Positions 54,474 through 62,366 of a stretch of DNA of 64,000 nucleotides are shown one piece after another. The notes below the pieces were generated by a model. The model had not been told where the DNA came from. It made no database searches and was given only the letters and a program-made list of their open reading frames with translations. The stretch lies in assembly GCA_963842945.1 (NCBI GenBank), contig CAWJIM010000024.1, positions 352,001 to 416,000 on the forward strand, in the 5' to 3' direction. The first letter of the stretch is position 1; each line of letters begins with the position of its first letter. Source of the DNA: an uncultured Gemmatimonadales bacterium (GTDB taxonomy: Bacteria > Gemmatimonadota > Gemmatimonadetes > Gemmatimonadales > GWC2-71-9). The position numbers and the translations under genes are program-made.

Positions 54474-54935
54474 TGCGGTCTCTCCCTCCTTGGTGGGAGC
54501 GGCGCTCCCAGGAACCACTTCAAAGGCGAGCGACTCAAGCCCGCCGCAGCTTGATGTCACACATGAGCAATTGTGCATCGCAGGCTCGGAAACCATGGTG
54601 AGGTCCGGCTGAAGAATTCTTCATCCCTGCACCTTGCCCCCGGGTTCCTTAGAGCCACATTGACACATTGGGAGAGCTTTCTCCCGTAAGAGTCAGATAG
54701 CCCGCGTCTGCCTCGCGTATCTCACCATTGGATGTGGCCATTCTCCGGAGATTCTGACAGCAGTCTGCGCACCTCAGCCGCGATTGCCTCAAGCCGGGCC
54801 AGCACATCAACCCTCGTGTCGCCACTTTGCCCATTATCACCCACGCCAAAATGGCCACTAAAAAAGGCCACCGCCGCGTAAGGGCTGGTGGCCATTTGGT
54901 CGCTAACCGTCTCTAACGGTACGACTTTCAAAAGA

Positions 54936-55008
54936 TGCGCCGCGTAGGAATCGAACCTACAACCTAGTGATTAAGAGTCACTTGCTCTGCCAATTGAGCT
55001 AGCGGCGC
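54936..55008 (-). tRNA. tRNA-Lys(CTT)
   Basis: GCGCCGC acceptor; AGTGA-CT-CTT-AA-TCACT; GGTTCGATTCC. Confidence 0.95.
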
Positions 55009-55014
55009 GGGTAG

Positions 55015-55086
55015 TAGCCCCAAGGGGAGTCGAACCCCTCTCTCGACCTTGAAAGGGTCGCGTCCTAACCGATAGACGATGGGGCC
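55015..55086 (-). tRNA. tRNA-Glu(TTC)
   Basis: GGCCCCA acceptor; CGACC-CT-TTC-AA-GGTCG; GGTTCGACTCC. Confidence 0.95.
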
Positions 55087-55099
55087 GTCTCACCTTTCA

Positions 55100-55172
55100 T
55101 AGCGCTAACGGGATTCGAACCCGTGTTTGGGCCTTGAGAGGGCCCCGTCCTAGTCCCCTAGACGATAGCGCC
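55100..55172 (-). tRNA. tRNA-Glu(CTC)
   Basis: GGCGCTA acceptor; GGGCC-CT-CTC-AA-GGCCC; GGTTCGAATCC. Confidence 0.95.
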
Positions 55173-55179
55173 GTTTCAA

Positions 55180-55326
55180 TGAGCTGGGAGCTAGGAGTCG
55201 GGAGCTAGGAGCTCCGGCCGATCACCAATCTCGGCGCTCATCACAAACACCCACAGCGGTGGAACTGTTTCCGAACCCGGAGCCCAGTACTTATCGATCA
55301 GCTCCCAGCTCCTGGCTCCCAGCTCA
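55180..55326. repeat. Inverted heptamer arrays (GAGCTAG-type and CAGCTCC-type) in the tRNA spacer
   Basis: gagctgg gagctag gagtcgg gagctag gagctcc ... cagctcc cagctcc tggctcc cagctca. Confidence 0.8.
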
Positions 55327-55332
55327 TCCGAA

Positions 55333-55405
55333 CAGGCCCGGCAGGACTCGAACCTGCAACCCCCGGTTTTGGAGACCGGTGCTCTACCACTTGAGCTACG
55401 GACCT
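55333..55405 (-). tRNA. tRNA-Trp(CCA)
   Basis: AGGTCCG acceptor; CCGGT-CT-CCA-AA-ACCGG. Confidence 0.95.
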
Positions 55406-55410
55406 TCGAG

Positions 55411-55485
55411 GGTGGCTGACGGGAATCGAACCCGCAACCTCCGGAGCCACAGTCCGGCGCTCTAACCGATTGAGCTACAACCACC
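55411..55485 (-). tRNA. tRNA-His(GTG)
   Basis: G-1 and C73; CCGGA-CT-GTG-GC-TCCGG. Confidence 0.95.
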
Positions 55486-55533
55486 ACGGGCCAGCGTCCC
55501 GAGCCGGGAAATATCGCCCGGAAGACCTCCGGG

Positions 55534-56175
55534 TCAAGGCCAAAAACGTGCAGCCAAATCGTCTGTCTGCTTGGCAGAAGGCACCGGATCGTCCTGCACC
55601 GCCGAAACTTTGGCCACGCCCCGGACCGCGTTCGCCAGGAAGAGTGGGAGACCTCTGACCTCACTCCAGGTCGCCCGCCTCTCCTCGATTTCGCCGGCCA
55701 GCTCCGAAATTCGGGCCCGCCCCACTCCAGGCAGGATCCCGAGTTCCAGGGCCGGGGCACAAAGCCTCCCCCCCTCCCACCAGAACACGCTCCAGATCGC
55801 GGTCTCCGCCAGATAGCCTCCGGGAGTCAGCAGCAGCGCGTCGTCGGCCTCCGCCCCGCGGGCCTTGTCCAGCGCCCGATCGAACTGAGCCCGCTCCGTG
55901 GTCTTGTGGGGATATGGATGATGGGCGATCCGGGAAATGATGAGCTTGACCCGCTCGACCGGCTCGACCAGCCGCTCGCTCTCCTGCACCCCACGCATTC
56001 CCACTTCCCAGCGCACCGTTCGATCGAGACCTCCCTCCGGCGGCGGCAGCTCGCCTGGAAGCGGGATGCCCAGCGCCTTGCAGCTGGTGGCCAGCCGGCG
56101 GATGTGGAGATACCAGAGCGGCGCGATACCGTTCCGGATCCGCATGGTCTCGATCAGCGCCGGAGCATGCCGCAT
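55534..56175 (-). CDS. Class IV aminotransferase (PabC-like)
   Basis: IETMR, HIRRL, HKTT, DDALLL...ETAIWSVF and GILPGV motifs. Confidence 0.8.
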   Translation of the reverse strand: MRHAPALIETMRIRNGIAPLWYLHIRRLATSCKALGIPLPGELPPPEGGLDRTVRWEVGMRGVQESERLVEPVERVKLIISRIAHHPYPHKTTERAQFDRALDKARGAEADDALLLTPGGYLAETAIWSVFWWEGGRLCAPALELGILPGVGRARISELAGEIEERRATWSEVRGLPLFLANAVRGVAKVSAVQDDPVPSAKQTDDLAARFWP

Positions 56176-57044
56176 CAGGTTACCGGAGCCGTCACCCGGC
56201 TCTCGCTCCAGCTCTTGTAGGTCGTGGCACCCAGAATGATTGCCCCTCCCAGGAGCGCCCAGGTGCCGGGCGTCTCCCGCTGAATGACCCAGGCCCAGAC
56301 CGGATTGAGGACCGGCTCCAGCAACAGAATCACCGAAGCCTCCAGGGCCGGAATGATGTGAATGGCGCTGGTCACGAACACGTAGGCCAGGGCGATCTGG
56401 AAGATGCCCAGGTAGCCAATGATCGCCCAGTCACCCTGGCCGTGGGAGCCGACCGGGAGCGCCATCGGCAGCGCCACCAGAAACGCGGTCAGATTTCCGG
56501 AGACCACCGCCGCAGCCGGCGACCCCCGTCCGGGCGCGGCGCTCAGCCAGCGGAGCCCGCCCACGGCAAGGGCCCAGCAGAGCCCGCTTCCCAGCGCCAG
56601 CAGGTTTCCCCGGTCGGGATCTGGTGCTGTCACGACCGGCTGCTCTACCCCCACAAAGAACAGCGCCAGCCCCGCCGCGACCGTCGCCATGAAGCCGAGA
56701 TCCTGGCGGCGTACCTGCTCCTTGAGCAACCAGGGAGCGAGGATGAGGAGGTAAAGCGGGGCCGTCGACTGAAGAAAGATGGTGTTGGCCGCGGTCGTGA
56801 GTCGGTTGGCCAGAACGAATAGAGTGAGGCATCCTGCGTACGCGACCCCGACCAGCGCGCTACCCCAGGTCCACCCCCGCCGTGCCGCCGGTGTCATCAG
56901 CCACAGGGCTACCGCCGCCACGCCGGACCGGAAGCTCGCGATCTGCCACCCGGTAAAGTCCGCGGCCTTGATGGCGGCACCGCCGGTGGAGAACAGCAGA
57001 GCAGCTCCTGCCAACTGCAACCGGGCGAGGGATTTTGGGGTCAT
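56175..57044 (-). CDS. DMT/EamA family transporter
   Basis: About 10 TM segments; TTAANTIFLQSTAP and LLEPVLNPVW motifs. Confidence 0.88.
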   Translation of the reverse strand: MTPKSLARLQLAGAALLFSTGGAAIKAADFTGWQIASFRSGVAAVALWLMTPAARRGWTWGSALVGVAYAGCLTLFVLANRLTTAANTIFLQSTAPLYLLILAPWLLKEQVRRQDLGFMATVAAGLALFFVGVEQPVVTAPDPDRGNLLALGSGLCWALAVGGLRWLSAAPGRGSPAAAVVSGNLTAFLVALPMALPVGSHGQGDWAIIGYLGIFQIALAYVFVTSAIHIIPALEASVILLLEPVLNPVWAWVIQRETPGTWALLGGAIILGATTYKSWSESRVTAPVT

Positions 57045-57051
57045 GGGGGGA

Positions 57052-57192
57052 AGGTAAGCGGAGAACCGGTAAGCGGTGAGCGGTAAGCGGTGAGCGGGTC
57101 AGTGACCCCGCCCACATTGATTTGGGCCCGAAAGTCGGCATCTTCATCGCCTCGAATTCGGACTTCACTCGCGACTCCTGACTCGCGACTCA
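57052..57192. repeat. Heptamer tandem arrays (GCGGTAA/GCGGTGA at 57052-57097; GCGACTC-type at 57165-57192)
   Basis: Directly visible tandem 7-mers in the EamA-DUF937 intergenic region. Confidence 0.75.
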
Positions 57193-57210
57193 TTCTACTA
57201 AGAGGTTCCC

Positions 57211-57945
57211 ATGTCCCTCCTCGAAATGCTGCAGCAACGACTCGGCGGCCAGGCGATCAACACGATCAGCCGTCAGCTCGGCGCCGACCCGGGCACCACC
57301 AGCAATGCCGTGGATGCCGCACTGCCACTCCTGCTGAGTGCGGTAGCGCGGAACGCCGGCAACCCCAATCAGGCACAATCACTCGACCGGGCGATTGCTC
57401 AGGACCACGATGGAAGCATCCTGGACGACATTCCGGGCTTCCTCAATCAGGGTGGCGGAGGCGCCGGCGCCGGAATTCTCAAGCACGTGCTCGGCGGCAG
57501 ACAGCAGAACGTTCAGAACGGGCTCAGTCAGGCCACCGGACTCGACGCCGGCAAGACCGCACAACTCCTCACCATGCTGGCGCCGCTCGTCCTGGGCGCC
57601 CTGGGCCGGGCCAAGCGGGAGAATCAGCTCGACAGCAACGGGCTCTCCACCATGCTCACCGGAGAACACGAGCGACTCAAGGAGTCGGCTCCCGGCGTCA
57701 TGGGGGCGTTGAGCCGTTTACTCGACCAGAACAACGATGGAAACGTGATGGACGATGTGAGTGGAATGCTGGGCAAGGCGTTTGGGAAGAGAGCACGGAG
57801 GCGGGAGGGGTGGAAGGACCGGGGTTGTCACAGCTCAGCCACGCGCTCCCTCCGACCTCCTTCCCGAGCTTGCCCTTCTCGAAAGCGGGGCCGTGCAGGA
57901 TCGGAGAAGTCCAGCCACTCCCAGGGAATGGCGCGGGTCCGATAG
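57211..57945 (+). CDS. DUF937 family protein (true end probably near 57790)
   Basis: ALPLLLSA..RNA, DHDGSILDD, ILKHVLG and LLDQNNDGNVMDD motifs; the tail overlaps the convergent gene. Confidence 0.82.
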   Translation: MSLLEMLQQRLGGQAINTISRQLGADPGTTSNAVDAALPLLLSAVARNAGNPNQAQSLDRAIAQDHDGSILDDIPGFLNQGGGGAGAGILKHVLGGRQQNVQNGLSQATGLDAGKTAQLLTMLAPLVLGALGRAKRENQLDSNGLSTMLTGEHERLKESAPGVMGALSRLLDQNNDGNVMDDVSGMLGKAFGKRARRREGWKDRGCHSSATRSLRPPSRACPSRKRGRAGSEKSSHSQGMARVR

Positions 57946-58163
57946 CGTCGCGCAAGGCCTAGACTCTTCAGGGTGGGGAGCTGTGCCGCCATGCTGAAGA
58001 GTCGGGCCCTGATTCCCAGTTCGCCCAAGACGACCTCCCGCACCAGATACTCATCCCCATCCGGCTCGGCTCGCACATCTTCGATTCGTCCCACCGGCCG
58101 GCCGGCGGCGGTTCGCACCACCCGCCCTAGCAGGTCCTCCAGATAGAGCTCCCGACTCACCAT
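57828..58163 (-). CDS. PRC-barrel-like protein
   Basis: LEDLLGRVVRTAAGRPVGRIEDV...IPWEWLD. Confidence 0.65.
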   Translation of the reverse strand: MVSRELYLEDLLGRVVRTAAGRPVGRIEDVRAEPDGDEYLVREVVLGELGIRARLFSMAAQLPTLKSLGLARRYRTRAIPWEWLDFSDPARPRFREGQAREGGRRERVAEL

Positions 58164-58165
58164 GT

Positions 58166-58519
58166 TCAGGCCCCCGGAATCCGACGCACGACACGATCTC
58201 GGACCCAGTGCTCCCACGGCATCGCGTCGGCAGCCGCGAAATCGACCTTCACGTCCACTCCGATCTTCTTCACCTGCGGCCAGGGGATGCGGACCGGCTC
58301 GACCCGGGAGGGAGCCAGTCCGCGCGTCAGTTTTCGGACCCACTGTTCGATGCGAGGGTGCAGCCGACGGGACAGCAGGTGGCCGCCGGTGAGGACGGCC
58401 GCGACACGGGCCGGCTTGCCTTCGCGCAACTCCAGCGCGATGCCATCCACCTTGCCCATGTTCAGACCATTCCGGTCCACCAGCTGCTGGTCGAGTACCT
58501 GCCTGCCGAGGTCTATCAT
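58166..58519 (-). CDS. PRC-barrel-like protein
   Basis: MIDLGRQVLDQQLVDRNGLNMGKVDGI...IPWPQVKKIG. Confidence 0.65.
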   Translation of the reverse strand: MIDLGRQVLDQQLVDRNGLNMGKVDGIALELREGKPARVAAVLTGGHLLSRRLHPRIEQWVRKLTRGLAPSRVEPVRIPWPQVKKIGVDVKVDFAAADAMPWEHWVRDRVVRRIPGA

Positions 58520-59733
58520 CACCCCCCCATCAGTTGAAGCGGGATGGCCACCAGCGCAATGAGCGACGCCAGGAGGCTGATCACGATCACCGCCGCATTG
58601 CCGATCCAGTGATTGCCCATCTCGCCACAGTAGTCGCGGTCGTTCATCAGGATGAGGAAGGGAAAGGTGACGATGGGAAGGGTCAACGAGGTCAACGCCA
58701 TAGAGAAGAGCGTCAGCTTCAACGGATCCAGGCCCAGCACGATCAACAGCGTGGCCACCGCGATCATGATAGTGTAGGTCAGGCTGAACCGGGCCGCATC
58801 CCGGGGGTGCACGCTCTCCCCCCAGTTCCACCCCAGCCCCTGCGCAAAGGAATAGGCGGTGGCAAGGCTCAGCTCCAGCGCGGCGCCAAGGCAGCTGACG
58901 AGAAGTGTCGCAGCGAAGAGATAGAAACCCCAGCGCCCCAGTGGCCCGGTGAGCAACAACCCCAACTGCTCGAAGCGGTCGGGCTGGATTCCGGCGGGCT
59001 GCAGCACCAGCGCGGCTACGATCATGACGGCGATACACAAGACACAGCCAAAGCTCATCCCCACCGTGGCGACCGCGCGGTTCACGCCGATCTCATCCAC
59101 TCCCCAGTGGTCCTCGATCGCTCCCGATGAATAGAAGTAGAAGAGATAGGGGCTGATCACCGCGCCCAGGATGCTCACGGCGGTGAACCAGTAGTGCACC
59201 GGTCGTTCCGCCGGCAGGGTGAGTGCCAGCCCGGCCACGACGTCGTGCCCAGCCGGATGGAGCTTCCAGGCGCCCACGAGAAACGCCAGCGCCACCATCC
59301 CCAGCAGCGACACCCCGTTTTCAATCAGCCCGAAGCTGCCCTTCCAGAGCAGGAGCCAGGTCAGAATACCGGTGGGGAGAGCCCACCAGCGGAAGCCAAT
59401 CCCGGTCACCAACTGAAGCGCCAGGCTCATCCCGCCGATTTCGGCCGCCAGCACGAGCACGTTGACCAGCACGTCGCTGACCAGCGTCAGCATGAACACT
59501 CGGGGGCCAAAGCGCTCCCGCATCGCGTCCTTGATCGTATGATGACTGAGGGCGGCCAGCCTGCCGGACATTTCCACCAGGAAGATCACGCAGATCGTCC
59601 CCAGCACCACGGCCCAGATGAGCTGGAACCGAAACGACGCGCCCGCCTCGGCCGCGGTGGCGATGGCACCGACCTCGAGAAAGCCGCCTATACTGGTGAA
59701 GATGCCGAGCGCGATCTTGAGCAGCTTGCTCAT
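58519..59733 (-). CDS. NRAMP-family divalent metal transporter
   Basis: About 11 TM segments; GGFLEVGAIAT.AEAGA, EMSGRL, AEIGG and LGAVISPY motifs. Confidence 0.8.
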   Translation of the reverse strand: MSKLLKIALGIFTSIGGFLEVGAIATAAEAGASFRFQLIWAVVLGTICVIFLVEMSGRLAALSHHTIKDAMRERFGPRVFMLTLVSDVLVNVLVLAAEIGGMSLALQLVTGIGFRWWALPTGILTWLLLWKGSFGLIENGVSLLGMVALAFLVGAWKLHPAGHDVVAGLALTLPAERPVHYWFTAVSILGAVISPYLFYFYSSGAIEDHWGVDEIGVNRAVATVGMSFGCVLCIAVMIVAALVLQPAGIQPDRFEQLGLLLTGPLGRWGFYLFAATLLVSCLGAALELSLATAYSFAQGLGWNWGESVHPRDAARFSLTYTIMIAVATLLIVLGLDPLKLTLFSMALTSLTLPIVTFPFLILMNDRDYCGEMGNHWIGNAAVIVISLLASLIALVAIPLQLMGG

Positions 59734-60080
59734 GAAGGGCCCGGATCGGGCAAGCCGAGCAACGCGGCCAGCCGGTGGATGGCCTGGTCCAGGGCTGCGC
59801 GCTCCTGGGCCGGCAGCCTCTGCCACTCCGGTGCACCAGCCTCGGTCTTTCTGCTCTCCATCGCCGCCGCAACGATCTGGCGGCCATACACCCGTGGAGC
59901 AGCACCCCGCTGGACCGCATCGGTGGTCTTCTCGACCGTCGCCGTCCAGGACCTCAGCTCCCGGTGCAGCTGCTCCTGCTTTTTCTCGGGAGAGCCGTGA
60001 CAGGCTGTAACAAGTAAGAGGTAAGCAGTAAGCGGTAAGCGGGAAGCAAGAGCAACAAAGGCGGGCCTCTTATCTCTCAT
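59730..60080 (-). CDS. Hypothetical lipoprotein
   Basis: Lipobox VTAC; ATGA coupling to the NRAMP gene. Confidence 0.55.
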   Translation of the reverse strand: MRDKRPAFVALASRLPLTAYLLLVTACHGSPEKKQEQLHRELRSWTATVEKTTDAVQRGAAPRVYGRQIVAAAMESRKTEAGAPEWQRLPAQERAALDQAIHRLAALLGLPDPGPS

Positions 60081-60092
60081 CTCTCACCTCTC
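60009..60092. repeat. Heptamer arrays (GNNGTAA-type at 60011-60045; TCTCTCA-type at 60066-60093)
   Basis: caagtaa gaggtaa gcagtaa gcggtaa gcgggaa; cctctta tctctca tctctca cctctca. Confidence 0.7.
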
Positions 60093-61328
60093 ATTTTAAG
60101 GTGTAGAGATAACTCGCGATGTCCCGGGCGGCGGCCTCGGTGAGACCGACGTCGGGCATCGCTGTCAGGGGGTCGACCTGCTGCGGGTGGTGGATCCACC
60201 GAATCAGATTGGAAGGGGTGTTGGTCAGAACGCCGGCAATGTATGGCCGCCCGCTGAGCCCGGCGAGCGCTGGCCCCACGGTGCCTCGGGCGCCGGACAC
60301 GCCAGGAATCGTATGGCAGGTGCCGCAGCCGTATTGCCGGATGGCCAGGGCGCCGCGTTGCGGAATTCCCCCGGTGATCTGGGTGGCGTCAGCCGGCGTC
60401 ATGGCTGTGCTTCGTTCGCAACCTGCCAGCGTGAGCGCCACCAGCATCACCGTGACCACGCCCGCTGCTCCGGCTCTCGCCGGGACGGCTACGCCCTGTC
60501 CGGGTAGCCTGAGCCAGCTTGCAGCGACGGCCAGCGCTGCCACCAGGTACGCCACCCCGGCGGGAATCCACATGATCAACCCGGCCAGCTGCTGGTCTTC
60601 CAGCGGAGTCAGTCCCCATGGGGCCGTGCTCGGACTGGTACAACGGGTACCAGACGCGGTCGCTGAAGGTCAGCAAAACTCCGAGCAGGCTGGTGTGCAG
60701 CGCCGTTGTAAAGAGGTAAAGGATCGCGGCCGGACGCCCCAGGCGGCCCTCGCGCACCCGAAGCAGCGACCACCAGAACAGCAGGGCAGATCCCAGGAAG
60801 GTCAGATGTTGGGCCGTATGTATCAGATCGCTGTCCAGGGTGGCCTCGAAAGAGTGCGGGCACGTGCCAGAGCCAGATGGCAATCGCATGGACCGTCCAG
60901 GCCAACGCCGGAAGAGTCAGGAGATACCAGGTGCGCTGCACCGAGGACCGGGCTGAAATACCCCCTGCGATTCTGCGCCATGAGATCGGAACCGCCCACA
61001 GGAACGCAACGATGGGCCGGCCGAGCACCAGCAATGGTGCCGTGACTACCATGAGCAGCTCGTGCTGCGCCATGTGAGCGGAGAACAGCACCTGACCCAT
61101 CAGATGCAGCGGTGAGACCAGCGCAACCGCCAGCCCCGCCAAGCCCAGGCCAAAGAGCAGAGCCTCCCACCGGCGGATGCCGTGCCCCGATCCGGCGTTG
61201 TCCCACAGCCGCCATAATCCTCTCGAGTACAACCAGGCCGTGAGGCCAAGGCCGGCCACCACCCCCGGCTCCAAGCTCCAGGCGGTCCAGAAATTTTGCG
61301 GGCTAATCAGTTCGGTCGAATGAACCAT
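60091..61328 (-). CDS. ctaG: Cytochrome c oxidase assembly factor CtaG (caa3-type) fused to cytochrome c (frameshifts)
   Basis: FSAHMAQHELL, WLWHVP and LEDQQLAGLIMWIP, continuing in frame into YGCGTCH...TAMP. Confidence 0.78.
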
Positions 61329-61329
61329 C

Positions 61330-61365
61330 TCCCGTCCTTCCCGTCTTTCCCGTCCTTCCCGCCCT
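61330..61365. repeat. 9-mer tandem repeat x4 (TTCCCGTCC-type)
   Basis: ctcccgtcc ttcccgtct ttcccgtcc ttcccgccc. Confidence 0.7.
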
Positions 61366-61740
61366 TTATTGACACGGACTCAGCACCAAGCTTGGAATCC
61401 ACTGGGCCACGATCACCATCACGATGAAGAGACTCAGCAGAAGCCCCACGCCCGCCATGAACCGGCTCCGAGACAGCCGTCCCCCTGCTCCGCCGGGCCA
61501 GGTCTCCCCGGTGGATCTCCAGCTCCGCCACGCCGTCAGAGCACCGGCGGCGGCAAGCAGGAGGCAGACCAGGTGGACGACATGCATCAGCAGCCTGGTT
61601 CCATTCGAGCACGCAGTGGGAACCAGCGCGTACGCGACCTCGAGATTGAGCAGGAACGCAGCCGGCGCCAGCAGAAGTCCCGCCCACAGGGCCCTCAGCT
61701 CCCTGGCGTCGGGTATGTCGGTCCGCGAGTCTACGGTCAT
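61366..61740 (-). CDS. Small membrane protein of the cox cluster
   Basis: Three TM segments; YALVPTAC; C-terminal SPCQ. Confidence 0.65.
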   Translation of the reverse strand: MTVDSRTDIPDARELRALWAGLLLAPAAFLLNLEVAYALVPTACSNGTRLLMHVVHLVCLLLAAAGALTAWRSWRSTGETWPGGAGGRLSRSRFMAGVGLLLSLFIVMVIVAQWIPSLVLSPCQ

Positions 61741-61755
61741 GCTGCTTCTACCCGG

Positions 61756-62366
61756 TCACATGAAGTACGGTGAGAGGAACACCGCGATATAGAGCGGGAC
61801 CCACACGCCCGTCAGGAAGTACCAGTACAGTGCGTTGTCGCTCACTCCCGAGAGATCCCGCTCCTCCACCTGATCGCCAAACATGAGTCTCGTAATAGCG
61901 AGCGTCTCGGCCGCCTCCAGCACCAGCAGCGTGCTGTGGGAGAAGACCACGGCCCAGGCCGCCGAGCCGTAGGCGCTGGTGTCCCAGCGGACCTTGAGCG
62001 CTCGGAACTCGTAGACCCGGAGCACGCACATGAGCAGGATCAACAACGAGCAGATCAGGAGTCCGGTCCGCACCGTAGCGGAGGTCCATCCGGTGAGGTC
62101 GCCCGATCCACCCAGCGCATCGGGACTATGCTCAGCAGCATCACCAGGACCTGGATCGTCGGTATCACCAGCCCGGGCCGATAGATGTGCTGCGGCGGCC
62201 AGGTGGCGAAGTTCCGGCGGAGGTAGAAATACGTGACCGCGCAGATGAACAGCGTGGTGCCCTCGATGATGATGAACCCCATCGTGCCCCACCACATCAG
62301 GGCCCGGTTTCCGAACACGGTCCGGGGAAGATGCCGCACATCGGCGACGGCACGGGTGGCTCTCAT
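61756..62366 (-). CDS. ctaE: Cytochrome c oxidase subunit III (frameshift ~62100)
   Basis: WWGTMGFIIIEGTTLF, AYGSAAWAVVFSH and NALYWYF motifs. Confidence 0.8.

Noticed and set aside
54872..54880. CGCCGCGTA matching the tRNA-Lys 3' end as an att site
   Set aside because: Only 9 bp in GC-rich DNA, with no integrase; could be chance.
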